From Chthonomonadales bacterium (GTDB lineage Bacteria > Armatimonadota > Chthonomonadetes > Chthonomonadales > Chthonomonadaceae): a DNA stretch of 32,786 nucleotides. Location: assembly GCA_038217285.1 (NCBI GenBank), contig JBBQPO010000027.1, positions 1 through 32,786 of the forward strand. Reading direction: 5' to 3'. How positions within the stretch are numbered: position 1 is the stretch's first letter; every line of letters begins with the position of its first letter. The notes under the pieces are model-generated. The model was not told the DNA's origin and did not search any database. It was given only the letters and a program-made list of their open reading frames with translations. This document shows positions 17,730-27,619 of the stretch, piece after piece. The translations under genes were made by a program, and so were the position numbers.

Positions 17730-18102
17730 TGCGAGTTTCGCCTCACCTCCGGCTCCCGTCACCAGGGTAGTGATAAGAAACCCGGCAGCGAACAAAAGTG
17801 TCACCGAAGTTCCGATACTGATAGACACCGGGGCCGACGCGACGCTGATCCCGCGCGCGCTACTCCCCTACTTGGATATTGTGGAGGAAGCGCTCGAACC
17901 CTCGGGATATATGCTTGTGGGATTCGATGGCACTCAATCTCCAGCGGTATTAGTTCCCGTCGAACTGGAGTTCTTAGGCAGACGACTGGCAGGAGATTTC
18001 CTTCTCACTGCGGCAAACTATGGCGTTCTCGGGCGTGATGTGCTCAATCTGTTCCGCCTTGTTTTTGATGGCCCCAATTTGGTATGGGACGAATTACCTT
18101 AG
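17716..18102 (+). CDS. Retropepsin-like (clan AA) single-domain aspartic protease
   Basis: Start ATG 17716 after GAGGA; catalytic ILIDTGADAT and C-terminal GVLGRDVL motifs; 128 aa. Confidence 0.85.
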   Translation: MPNYDASFASPPAPVTRVVIRNPAANKSVTEVPILIDTGADATLIPRALLPYLDIVEEALEPSGYMLVGFDGTQSPAVLVPVELEFLGRRLAGDFLLTAANYGVLGRDVLNLFRLVFDGPNLVWDELP

Positions 18103-18149
18103 AGCGTGTTTAGCAAATCACGTTTGCTGTCTGCTCCCGTGTTACCTTC

Positions 18150-20372
18150 TTAGGGCTTCCAGCGGTAGAGGATCACTTTGGCATCCAGGTCTTCTTCGAC
18201 GAAGACGAGATATTCGCCGTTGCTGCGTCGGAAGGCACGGACGGCGTAGGGGAAATCGAGCCAGCCGCTGTTGGAGCCAACGGTGGCGTCGGGTTGGAGT
18301 TTGCCGACGGGCACGCCCGTTTTCGCGTTGTAGACGAAGATGGCGCACGGTTCGCGCCCCTCGCCGGCGAACACATAGTCACCGGCCACCGCGAACGACT
18401 TGATGAACTTTTTCGCATCGCGAAGCCCATCGTAAGGGAGGACGATCCGTGTGGAAGCGGTGCGACTGCCTTGACTCCAGTTTTCGTAGCGCAGCACCTC
18501 CGTCCCGACGACCCCCCACTCGCCGCCCTTGTGCGGATGGTCTGTGGTGTAGCCGGCCAGGAACATCGTATCTGTCTCCGGCACATACTCCAGGCGACAG
18601 AGCTCGGTAAAGAGCGTGGGAGTCGGCACGGTCTGCATGGAGGCATAGGTGTAGATCGGGTTGCCGATCCTATCCAGACCCTGCACCGGGAACTTCCGGA
18701 TGCCGTCGTGTTCGGTGGCCTGCCAGACACTCCCCTGACTGTCTACGCACCACCCCCAGAGCCCAGGCGCGTTCGTCGGTTTGCCATCGTATTCATCGGA
18801 ATTGAGCGTACCGTTGCCGTTGTTGTCCCGCCAGATCCACTCACCTTTTTCCGGCTGCGTCGTCGGCCAGGGCTGCTTCGAGAGGGCCAGATCGGGCTTT
18901 ACATGCTCCTTGGCGAAATAGCCGGACGGGATGGCGCACTCGCCGTCGCTGTCTGGCTTGAATCGGAATAGGCGCAGCCCGCCGGAGTACATATCGGTCA
19001 CGAAGAGGAATGGCTTGCCCTGGATGCGGCGGAAGAAGACGCCACAGTCGCCGGATCGCAGGCGTGGATCGTCGGGATATTTGAAGCGGTTTGCGGTGTA
19101 ACCTCGGTAGGTCGCCTCCTGCCCCGCCGACTTGCTGAAGTCCATAAAGAAGTGTTTGTCTTTGGTATAGACGTGTACGCCATCACTCGTCGGGTCCACA
19201 TCGGCGGTGTCGATGAATGCCAGCCCTTGTAGTCGCCAGAGGCGTTTGTTGTCCTCGTCGTAACTCTCCAGCACCGTCCCGCCGCCAGCGACGGAGCCGC
19301 TGGAGCAGACATAGAGATTGCCGGTCCGATCAACGCCTACCCCAACTGGATCGTTAAAACGGAGCGGCCCGTCCCGACCGATCTCGCTCCCCTTCCCCGC
19401 GAAGATTCCGCCCCGAACTCCGATGGTTCCGGTAAGCGCAGGCGGCACATTGTGGGTATCGTAGACGCGGATCTGCTGCGCCACGCCCCGATCCGTCAAC
19501 AGCAGTCGCCCCTGCGCGTCCAGGCAGATTCCGCCCGGTTTGACCTCCCTGGGCAGATCGAACCCGTCGGGCATCGGTCTGCCGTCCGCTGTAAGGTGGA
19601 GAAGCCGGGCATTTTGTGCCGCTATGCCGGTCGTCTGTACCACCCAGAGCTCGCCCTTGCCATTGACCGCGAGGGCTGCGGGTCGCTCGACGCGCCAGGA
19701 GTGGAGCAGCGCCATCGTCTCCGCATCGTAGACCTTGACCTGCGCACTATACGGATCGCTGACGAAGAGATGATTTTTGGTATCGGCGGCGAGGCCCGTG
19801 ATCTCCGCGTTCACGCCTTCGGCCATATCGTTGATCGGCAGAAAGACGCCCTTCAGCGTATCGCCATCGCCGCCTTTGCCACTTTCGAACGGGGCCGGTG
19901 CGCCGTCGCGACGCCGACGTGACACTCCGTACCAGACACGGCCTTTGGAAGGCCAGGTTCCCATACCCTTCAGGCCGCCGCCTTCGTTGCCGACCGTTTG
20001 TGCGAAAAACAGGTAGTCTTTGCTCGCGGTGACCGCGCTGCCGCCGCTGTAACCCCAGCCATGCGTATGCCCGGCGCTGCCGACGACGTCGCCTTCCCGA
20101 TAGATCCCGATCTCCGCGCCGTCTTCGTCCCATCCTGTCGCGGTATAGCAGGTGCCGTCCGAGGTCACGTACATCGCCCGCACATCCAGTTGCACATGCT
20201 TGCGGCTTCGCAGTCCCGCCACTTTCGTGCCTGCGAAGGAGTTACCGATCCAGGTGGTGGTGTAGTGCAGCAACGGTATGTCGGTCTGGGTTTGTGTCTG
20301 TCCAGTGGCGACACCGAGCAGCAACGCCGTCAGCAGAGAGGAAAGGACCAACCTTTGGGTCAAAGAGGGCAT
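18150..20372 (-). CDS. Secreted NHL/beta-propeller protein of unknown function
   Basis: Signal peptide; NHL-like blades (ITGLAADTKNHLFVSD, PGGICLDAQGRLLLTD, PVGVGVDRTGNLYV); EF-hand-like DNNGNGTLNSDE. Confidence 0.75.
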   Translation of the reverse strand: MPSLTQRLVLSSLLTALLLGVATGQTQTQTDIPLLHYTTTWIGNSFAGTKVAGLRSRKHVQLDVRAMYVTSDGTCYTATGWDEDGAEIGIYREGDVVGSAGHTHGWGYSGGSAVTASKDYLFFAQTVGNEGGGLKGMGTWPSKGRVWYGVSRRRRDGAPAPFESGKGGDGDTLKGVFLPINDMAEGVNAEITGLAADTKNHLFVSDPYSAQVKVYDAETMALLHSWRVERPAALAVNGKGELWVVQTTGIAAQNARLLHLTADGRPMPDGFDLPREVKPGGICLDAQGRLLLTDRGVAQQIRVYDTHNVPPALTGTIGVRGGIFAGKGSEIGRDGPLRFNDPVGVGVDRTGNLYVCSSGSVAGGGTVLESYDEDNKRLWRLQGLAFIDTADVDPTSDGVHVYTKDKHFFMDFSKSAGQEATYRGYTANRFKYPDDPRLRSGDCGVFFRRIQGKPFLFVTDMYSGGLRLFRFKPDSDGECAIPSGYFAKEHVKPDLALSKQPWPTTQPEKGEWIWRDNNGNGTLNSDEYDGKPTNAPGLWGWCVDSQGSVWQATEHDGIRKFPVQGLDRIGNPIYTYASMQTVPTPTLFTELCRLEYVPETDTMFLAGYTTDHPHKGGEWGVVGTEVLRYENWSQGSRTASTRIVLPYDGLRDAKKFIKSFAVAGDYVFAGEGREPCAIFVYNAKTGVPVGKLQPDATVGSNSGWLDFPYAVRAFRRSNGEYLVFVEEDLDAKVILYRWKP

Positions 20373-20460
20373 TGCATACTTCTCCAGAAAAGCGCGATTG
20401 ATTTGAGGACCGATGTGATATCCCTGCCTCTGCGCGCCGGAACAGATCGAGCCGAGCCGT

Positions 20461-21720
20461 CTACTTCTCCACAGACGGCACGTCGTGGGTTTCCAGATTC
20501 AGGCGGCGCAGCTTCGGCGCAGCGACGGCCGTGATCGCCACGACGAGGAGGGTGACGACGCCGCCCAGCCAGACCGAGCGCACGGTTCCCAGCAGGCTCG
20601 CGGCGATGCCGCTTTCGAACGCGCCGATCTCGTTGGACGCGCCGATGAAGATCCAACTGACGGAGGCGATCCGCCCGCGCATATTCTCCGGCGAGAGCAA
20701 GCGCAATACGGAGCGGCGAACGACGACACTGACGCCATCGAATATACCGGCCAGGAACAGAGCGAAGAGCGAAAGCAGAAAATTACGCGACAGCGCAAAC
20801 ACGATGATCGCCACGCCAAAGCCGGCCACACTGATCAGCATATTGCGGCCCGCGTGACGGATCGGCGGATGGTGCGTAGACCAGAGCGCGATGAGAAGCG
20901 CTCCGACGGAGGGCGCTGCATTCAGAAATCCCAGCCCCTTCGCGCCGACTTTCAGAATGTCGGAGGCGAAAATGGGCAGCATCGCGATCGCTCCGCCGAA
21001 CAACACGGCGAACAGATCGAGGGCCATCGAGCCGACGATGACCTGATTATGCAGCACGAACCGCACACCGACGGCGATACTCTCCCAGATCGATTCGCCT
21101 GCCTCCGGCACAGGAACAGGCTTCGGCGCGATCCGTGAGATGCAAAACAGCGAGAGCCCGTACAGACCGGCGATCAACAGATAGGTGTTCCGTACGCCGA
21201 TCAGATCGTAGGCAAAACCCCCAAGAGCCGGGCCGACGATAGCACAGCCCTGCCACACGCTCGACGACCAACTGGACGCGTAGACGTAGACCTCGCGTGG
21301 AATCACCTGCGCCTCGAACGCGGTAGAGGCCGGGTCTGCGAAGCCGCGTGCGATCCCCGCCAGAAAGATGATCCCGTAGAGTCCATAGAGCGCGGCCGCA
21401 TGGCCCTGCGTGGAAAGGAGGGCAAAGCCCAGGGCGCATAAAACGGAGACCGACTGCGTGATCAGAACGATCCGACGGCGGTCCATGCGGTCCGCCACAT
21501 GTCCCCCGAGCAGCGCCAGGGAGAGCGCAGGCAGCGCCTCGAAAAATCCGAGCCAGCCGAGCGCAAGCGGACTTTTGGTCAAACGATAGACCTGATAACC
21601 GATAACGACGGCCAGCGCCCGACCGGCAAGCGTACCGAAGCCGTTAGCACACAGCAGATAACGAAACTCCGGTAACCGCAGGACAACCTTCGAGGCAGCC
21701 CTGGCTTCGCCTTGCAGCAC
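20461..21720 (-). CDS. MFS transporter (EntS/DHA3-like)
   Basis: About 12 hydrophobic helices; motif [39 protein letters not shown]. Confidence 0.9.
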   Translation of the reverse strand: MLQGEARAASKVVLRLPEFRYLLCANGFGTLAGRALAVVIGYQVYRLTKSPLALGWLGFFEALPALSLALLGGHVADRMDRRRIVLITQSVSVLCALGFALLSTQGHAAALYGLYGIIFLAGIARGFADPASTAFEAQVIPREVYVYASSWSSSVWQGCAIVGPALGGFAYDLIGVRNTYLLIAGLYGLSLFCISRIAPKPVPVPEAGESIWESIAVGVRFVLHNQVIVGSMALDLFAVLFGGAIAMLPIFASDILKVGAKGLGFLNAAPSVGALLIALWSTHHPPIRHAGRNMLISVAGFGVAIIVFALSRNFLLSLFALFLAGIFDGVSVVVRRSVLRLLSPENMRGRIASVSWIFIGASNEIGAFESGIAASLLGTVRSVWLGGVVTLLVVAITAVAAPKLRRLNLETHDVPSVEK

Positions 21721-21851
21721 AGTCCACTCCCATCACACGACGAGGCAGCCGTTCCCGCCTCCACGCAAGAATATCTCCTGTAGTTTACCCTGTCGAACAG
21801 CAAACAGTGCCGGGATTCAGGGAAGTTTCGGCCATGCCTGGCGCGTGACAC

Positions 21852-23801
21852 TCACGGCGTAAACGCAAAAATCGTCGGGTTGAAGCCGACAGCCGTACCC
21901 AGCGGCGGCGCGAACAGCACCTCTCCCCTGGGATCGAGGCGCAGGCTTAGAGGAGGCGATGCCAGGCGGAATGTCAGATGAGTCGTTACGCCGTCGATCT
22001 CCTTTGTCGTCTGGACAGGCGCTCCCCCTGCAATTTCGAGCAGGACCGGGAGCTGAAGGCGGTAGGGCTGACCTTCCTGTTGGACGTCTGTTTCGACGAC
22101 ATAGCCGGTGTCGTCCTTGTGAAGGGTGGTGTGCGCCAGCGCGAGGGTCGGCAGACCTTTGCGCTCCAGCCATTCGCGAAAGAACCAGTGGTAGTCCGTA
22201 CCGGTCTCGTTCTGAACCGCCCCTTCGAACTCCGGCCAGTCGGCAGCTTTGCCTCTGGGATGCTGTGCGAAAAAGCGCCGCATGCTGCGGAGCATAGTAG
22301 CCTGTCCGAGTTGCGTTTCCAGCATCTTCAAGACCTGCCGCCCTTTGTCGTACCCCACGGCAATGTGATGGTCGTTTTCGGTGTCGAAAGCCTGGGACAA
22401 AGGAATGGCCGCGTAGGAGGCTGCCTTCGTTCGCCGCTCCTCCAGAAGTTTGGCGGGAAGAGGATAATCCGAATGGGATTTCGGAGCGGACTCCTGGCGG
22501 GAGCGCGTGAAGAGGTCATCGGAATACTCTGCAAAGGCCTCATCCCACATCGAGTGCGTATAGGTGCAGGGCGTCGCGCCACCCCACCAGGTGTGCGCCA
22601 GTTCGTGCGGTATCAACTCCGGCAGGGTATGCGGTCCGAAGGTGGCGAAGGAGTAGGCTTCTAGCGCTCCGACAAACGCTCCCTGCGTCTCCACAATCGC
22701 ATAGCGCGTGAACGGGAACGGCGCGAAGCTGCGCTCATAGAAATCCATCGCCGCTTCCAGAGTGTCCAGACACAACCGTGCCAACGCGGGATTCGGGGCG
22801 AGTTGATAGACGGAGAGAGTGCGATTATTGATCCGTCGGGTAGTGAGCGTGTAACGGCCAATATCCAGCGTATAGAAACAGTTCGGCATGTCGTTGCGAT
22901 AGGTTACGGCGGTGGTGCCGTCCAGCGAATGTGTCTCTTTCGTGCGCTCGCCCTGCGCGATTCCTGTCCATTCAGGCGGTGTCGTGACGGTCACGGTCGT
23001 CGTCGCGGGCAGACGCGCAATGTGCGGATACCAGTAGGAGCAGAGCACCGCCTCATTGGGCCGGATGTAGTCGCTCTCCTTGTTGTCCAGGTGCCCGCTA
23101 TAGTGTAGCGTCAGCGCGAACCGGCGCGCCTCTGGGGGCGTGAAAGCTATAATACCGCCCGCCTGGTGGAACGGCACAGCCGTCTTGCCGACCGATATAG
23201 ACTGCACAAGGAAGTCATGGGAGATGCGCAGGAAGGCGAATTCAGGAACGCGATTTGCCGTCCGCTCGACCTGAATGGTATCCAATAACATGGCGGTTTT
23301 GAGGGGTACATCGAACGAAACATGCAGATCGTGGTCGCGAACACGGAAGCCAAGCGTCTCCGTTTCGGGTATCTCCGGACCGAGGCGCCAGCCCTGCGAC
23401 GTCGGGACAAGGCGATGCACATGGTCCCCGTCGCTCTGACTGGAGTGCCACGCATGAAAGACCGCCAGGATTCCGGGTGGTGCGTCCGCGCCCGAAGGCT
23501 TGAACGGCTGCGGGATCTGTAACGCCGCGCCCTCCCACGTCTCGTGTGCGCTCTCGACCCAGGCGAACGTCCCGGTCGCTCCCTCCAGGAGGAGAGGCCT
23601 GAGTCCTGCCACCTGTCGCGAATTGACAGCTTTTGTCGCCTGGGCGATAAAACCTTCCAGGCTGTTGTTCGCACCCTGTTGCGCAGCGGCGACACCTGGG
23701 CCTGTCTTCGGCTGCTGCCCGGAAAAATCGAGACCAAGCAAAACGGTCAGCCCCGCGACGGACAGCAACCGCATCGAACCCTTCCAAACACGCTTAAACA
23801 A
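21852..23801 (-). CDS. Secreted M1-family zinc aminopeptidase
   Basis: HELAHTWWG plus DEAFAEY (HEXXH-X18-E), GALE variant of GXMEN, YDKG catalytic Tyr motif, signal peptide. Start is TTG 23801 or ATG 23774. Confidence 0.88.
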   Translation of the reverse strand: MFKRVWKGSMRLLSVAGLTVLLGLDFSGQQPKTGPGVAAAQQGANNSLEGFIAQATKAVNSRQVAGLRPLLLEGATGTFAWVESAHETWEGAALQIPQPFKPSGADAPPGILAVFHAWHSSQSDGDHVHRLVPTSQGWRLGPEIPETETLGFRVRDHDLHVSFDVPLKTAMLLDTIQVERTANRVPEFAFLRISHDFLVQSISVGKTAVPFHQAGGIIAFTPPEARRFALTLHYSGHLDNKESDYIRPNEAVLCSYWYPHIARLPATTTVTVTTPPEWTGIAQGERTKETHSLDGTTAVTYRNDMPNCFYTLDIGRYTLTTRRINNRTLSVYQLAPNPALARLCLDTLEAAMDFYERSFAPFPFTRYAIVETQGAFVGALEAYSFATFGPHTLPELIPHELAHTWWGGATPCTYTHSMWDEAFAEYSDDLFTRSRQESAPKSHSDYPLPAKLLEERRTKAASYAAIPLSQAFDTENDHHIAVGYDKGRQVLKMLETQLGQATMLRSMRRFFAQHPRGKAADWPEFEGAVQNETGTDYHWFFREWLERKGLPTLALAHTTLHKDDTGYVVETDVQQEGQPYRLQLPVLLEIAGGAPVQTTKEIDGVTTHLTFRLASPPLSLRLDPRGEVLFAPPLGTAVGFNPTIFAFTP

Positions 23802-24006
23802 GATCTCTTCCCCTCCCTCTTCCTACCCTGAATACGTTGTACGCTCCGTCGGCAGCGTCCGTTCCGCCCCACAGGCTGTCTCAACAGACGACCGTCTGCC
23901 GCCGAAATTCGCCGTTGCTTCGCGGCTCGAATGCACAACGAGGCAGGAAATCCGGCGGGCGTGTGGAACAGTACCGTCAATGCAACGTCCTGAGGAGTAG
24001 CAAATC

Positions 24007-24237
24007 TTGGCCCGTAACCGTAGTGTGACCATCAAACTGAGCCTGGAGGAGTATGAGTGGCTGCGTCGCCACGCGCATTGGGAAGAGAAACCGATGGCCA
24101 CCCTGCTGCGTGATCACCTGCACCACCGTATCGCGGAGGAGGGCTATCTCCGTCCCCCCGATGACGACCCGCAGGATTTCGGTTACGAGAAAGAGATGAT
24201 GCAGTTCGTGGTCGGGATCCAACATCGCCGTGAGTAG
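24007..24237 (+). CDS. Small ribbon-helix-helix (CopG-like) DNA-binding protein
   Basis: GAGGAG RBS + TTG; SVTIKLS strand followed by helices LEEYEWLRRHA and MATLLRDHL. Confidence 0.55.
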   Translation: MARNRSVTIKLSLEEYEWLRRHAHWEEKPMATLLRDHLHHRIAEEGYLRPPDDDPQDFGYEKEMMQFVVGIQHRRE

Positions 24238-24322
24238 CCATAACAGCGCCGGAAGAATTTTCCGGGCCTCTTGTGCGTAGAACTACACACACTCTCTCTC
24301 CCAACTCCGAAAGGAATCTGTC

Positions 24323-24997
24323 GTGGCCGGTTCACCTCTCCTTGAAGAAGCCGTCGAGTTTGCCGAAAATCCGGAACCGAGGTGCCCCTGCGTTCTGTTG
24401 CTGGACACTTCGGGTTCTATGAAGGGTGCCGCCCTGGACGCCCTCAATGCAGGCTTGCAAACCTACCGCAACGATCTGCTCAAGGACGGTCTCGCCGCCA
24501 AACGCGTGGAAGTCGCCATTGTCACCTTCAACAGTGAGGTTACGGTTGTGCAGGACTTTGTCACTGCGGACCAGTTCGATCCACCGCTCCTGGCGGCGCA
24601 GGGGCTGACCCACATGGGCGCAGGAATCCATAAGGCCCTCGATCTGATCCAGGCCCGCAAGGCGCAGTACCGCGCCAACGGCATCGCTTACTACCGCCCC
24701 TGGGTCTTCCTCATTACCGACGGCGCTCCGCAGGGCGAGGCCGATGGCGTGGTCGACCAGGCGGCGCAGCGTCTGCGCGAGGATGAAACGGCGCGCCGTG
24801 TGGCTTTTTTTGCGGTCGGTGTGAAGGACGCCGACATGGCGCGGCTGACCGACATCGTCGTCCGCACACCGATCAAACTGGAGGGTCTGAACTTCGTGGA
24901 GATGTTCGTCTGGCTCTCGGCCAGCATGCAGCGGATTTCACAGTCGAAGCCCGACGACCAGGTGGCGCTCCCCCCGCCCGGTTGGGGAGCGATCTGA
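24323..24997 (+). CDS. TerY/YegL-like vWA domain protein
   Basis: EFAENPEPRCPCVLLLDTSGSM (MIDAS DxSxS), THMG, YYRPWVFLITDG, FVWLSASM, C-terminal PPPGW. Confidence 0.92.
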   Translation: MAGSPLLEEAVEFAENPEPRCPCVLLLDTSGSMKGAALDALNAGLQTYRNDLLKDGLAAKRVEVAIVTFNSEVTVVQDFVTADQFDPPLLAAQGLTHMGAGIHKALDLIQARKAQYRANGIAYYRPWVFLITDGAPQGEADGVVDQAAQRLREDETARRVAFFAVGVKDADMARLTDIVVRTPIKLEGLNFVEMFVWLSASMQRISQSKPDDQVALPPPGWGAI

Positions 24998-25032
24998 ACC
25001 GGCGCAGCCGACGCTCCAGATCGGCCTGACCA

Positions 25033-27450
25033 ATGCGACTTCAGCGACAATCCAACGGCCTCCCGCTTGTCCTCACCCCAGAATCCGTACTCGGTGCGGG
25101 CGGGGAAGCCCGTATCTATGCCGTTCGTCCCGGTGAGGCGTATGTCGCCAAGATCTATCACCGCACCGAGGCGGAGCGGGCTCAGAAGCTGCGCGCCATG
25201 CTTGCCAATCCGCCGGAGGATCCCCTGGCCGCGCAGGGAAAGCTCTCCATCGCCTGGCCCCTCGACCTGCTTCATACCGCCGACGCCGAGGCCCGTTTCG
25301 CAGGCTATCTCATGCCGCGCGTCACCGGCGCCTTCCCTCTGTTCCACTGCTACAATCCCGGTTCGCGGCGCCGCTTCTATCCGACGTTCGACTCACTGGC
25401 GCTGCATCGGGTCGCGCGCAACCTGGCTGCGGCAGTCCACGCTCTTCATAGCCGCGGCTATGTCATCGGCGACATCAACGAATCCAACGTCCTTGTCTCC
25501 GATTCCGCCCTGATCACCCTCGTGGATACCGACTCGTTTCAGGTTCTGGATTCCCGCACAGGGTTGACGTTTCGCTGTCCGGTTGGAAAGCCGGAATATA
25601 CGCCCCCGGAGCTGCAAAACCGCTCGTTCGCAACCACAGACCGCCGACCGGAACACGATCAGTTCGGCTTGGCGGTCCTGATCTTTCAACTGCTGATGGA
25701 GGGAACACATCCGTTCGCGGGGATCTATCAGGGCACCGACGACCCTCCGCCTTATGAGCAGCGCATTCTCGCCGGACACTATCCTTATGGCTCCCGGTCA
25801 ACCCCTTATCGCCCTGTTCCGACCGCGCCTCCGCTCGACACGCTGCACCCCGGCGTGCGGCAGTTGTTCACCCGCTGTTTCGAGGACGGCCAGACGAATC
25901 CCGCCGCGCGCCCGGAGGCACGGACCTGGCAGCGTGTCCTGTTGGAAGCGGAAGGCGCCCTGCTCGCCTGTGACCTCAATCCGCGCCACCGTTACGACTC
26001 GCATCTGACCGAATGTCCCTGGTGTGAACGCACGCGCCTGCTCGGCGGGCGCGATCCTTTTCCCCGCGATCCTACGGCCCCCACGCCCCCGATTCGCCGC
26101 GTTGTCGTTCCTGCAGTGACGCCGATGATTCCGGCCCCCGCCTCTTTTCCGGGCAGGGCAGCACCCCAGTCGGTCGCGATTGTCGGGTCCGCCGCGCGGA
26201 CGTTCCACAGTGCACCGTCGCCCGCGGCGACGGTGCATCTGCCCCGAAACCCGTGGGCCTGGATGACGATGGGCTGCGCCCTCCTGGCCCTCCTGGCGCC
26301 CACGCAGAATCTGCCCCTGCTGAATCTGCTCGCCGGATGTGGAGCGATTGCCGTGGGAATGTTGGCTTACCATCGGGCGCCGCGTTATGCCGGAACCGGA
26401 CGGTGGCTGGCCTCCACGGCGGCGCTGATGGGAGGAGTGGCTGGCCTGAGTGTCGTACCCTCACTGGTTCGAGATGCGCACGGCGCGGCCGCCGTGCGGA
26501 TACTGTCGGCCAACGGCGGCGGGCTGCGCGCCCTCTCCTTTTCGCCGGATGGAACCATGCTGGCCACCGCCGCCGACCGTGCCGAAGATGCGAGGCTTAT
26601 CGGGGGGCAGATCACCCTCTGGAACGTTCGCACCGGACGTGTCGACCAGACGCTCGCCGAGGACAAGGGCAATTTTGTCGGGGTCGCCTATGCGCCGACA
26701 GGAAAGACCCTGGTGGCAGCCGTCGATTCGCCATTTGAGAACGGCGCTGTTTTCCTGCTGGATGCGTCCATCCGGGGAAGCCGGCACAACTTGCGGGGCC
26801 AGAAGGGCCACATCACGAGTGTGGTCTACGCGGCGGATGGGCATCTCATCGCCAGCGCCAGCGATGACCATAGAGTGCGGGTGTGGGATGCCCGGTCCGG
26901 TACGCTTCTGCAGGAGTTCTCTCTCTCCGGCCCGGTCTACGCGCTGGCCTGTTCCCCCGACAGCCGCACCCTTGCTGCGGGCAGTGTCGCGCCACGGCGC
27001 TCTATTCAACCCGGAACCGTCACGATCTGGGACTTGCAGACGTTGCGTCCCGTGTGGACGCATCCGGCCCATAGCGACGGGGTGCTTTCCCTCGCTTTCG
27101 CGCCCGACAGTCGCACCGTCGCCACTGGCGGGAAGGACGGTATGGTGCGGCTCTGGGACGTCGTGACAGGGAAGCTTCTTCGCGAGTGGGATACCGCAGG
27201 CTACGCCGTGACCGCGCTGGCCTTCGCGCCGCGCGGCGATCTTCTGTCGGCAGGCGTCGTCCGGCGCAGCGAAGAAGGCTCCTCTGAGCAGAAGTGTGAA
27301 ATTGCCGTCTGGAGCCTCCCGTCAGACCCACGCATTCGGACCCTGCGCGGACACAAGGACCTTATTATGGCCCTGGCGTTCTCCCCAGACGGACACACTC
27401 TCGCCAGTGGCAGCCGTGACACCACACTGCGCCTCTGGCATTTCCCCTAA
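25033..27450 (+). CDS. YegI-like Ser/Thr kinase fused to TM helices and a 7-blade WD40 propeller
   Basis: Kinase motifs LGAGGEARIY, VAKIY, VIGDINESN, LVDTDSF, YTPPE, GTHPF; C..H..CPWC Zn motif; Pro-rich linker; hydrophobic segments; seven WD repeats (e.g. LAFSPDGHTLASGSRDTTLRLW). Confidence 0.9.
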   Translation: MRLQRQSNGLPLVLTPESVLGAGGEARIYAVRPGEAYVAKIYHRTEAERAQKLRAMLANPPEDPLAAQGKLSIAWPLDLLHTADAEARFAGYLMPRVTGAFPLFHCYNPGSRRRFYPTFDSLALHRVARNLAAAVHALHSRGYVIGDINESNVLVSDSALITLVDTDSFQVLDSRTGLTFRCPVGKPEYTPPELQNRSFATTDRRPEHDQFGLAVLIFQLLMEGTHPFAGIYQGTDDPPPYEQRILAGHYPYGSRSTPYRPVPTAPPLDTLHPGVRQLFTRCFEDGQTNPAARPEARTWQRVLLEAEGALLACDLNPRHRYDSHLTECPWCERTRLLGGRDPFPRDPTAPTPPIRRVVVPAVTPMIPAPASFPGRAAPQSVAIVGSAARTFHSAPSPAATVHLPRNPWAWMTMGCALLALLAPTQNLPLLNLLAGCGAIAVGMLAYHRAPRYAGTGRWLASTAALMGGVAGLSVVPSLVRDAHGAAAVRILSANGGGLRALSFSPDGTMLATAADRAEDARLIGGQITLWNVRTGRVDQTLAEDKGNFVGVAYAPTGKTLVAAVDSPFENGAVFLLDASIRGSRHNLRGQKGHITSVVYAADGHLIASASDDHRVRVWDARSGTLLQEFSLSGPVYALACSPDSRTLAAGSVAPRRSIQPGTVTIWDLQTLRPVWTHPAHSDGVLSLAFAPDSRTVATGGKDGMVRLWDVVTGKLLREWDTAGYAVTALAFAPRGDLLSAGVVRRSEEGSSEQKCEIAVWSLPSDPRIRTLRGHKDLIMALAFSPDGHTLASGSRDTTLRLWHFP

Positions 27451-27483
27451 ATTTTCCGAAAGAATCGCGGCAAAGCACCGACT

Positions 27484-27499
27484 TGGCACGGTTTGTGCA
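27484..27499 (+). promoter_or_regulatory. Putative sigma54 (-24/-12) promoter
   Basis: TGGCACGGTTTGTGCA: GG (27485-86), N10, GC (27497-98); one mismatch to TGGCAC-N5-TTGCA; about 120 nt upstream of a PEP-CTERM gene. Confidence 0.65.
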
Positions 27500-27619
27500 A
27501 TACAGTATCATGTATGATATGTTGTCTCACGAAGGACCACGATCAGGTATTTATGGTGTATATAGATCCTTTTTCATGGGCACACTATCCGAAACACAAT
27601 ATTACGAAGGATTCAATCT

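Noticed and set aside
18100-23794. IS5-like end TAGAGCGTGTTT (18100) paired with AAACACGCT (23786)
   Set aside because: Only a 9-bp match over 5.7 kb, with no transposase or target duplication; compatible with chance.
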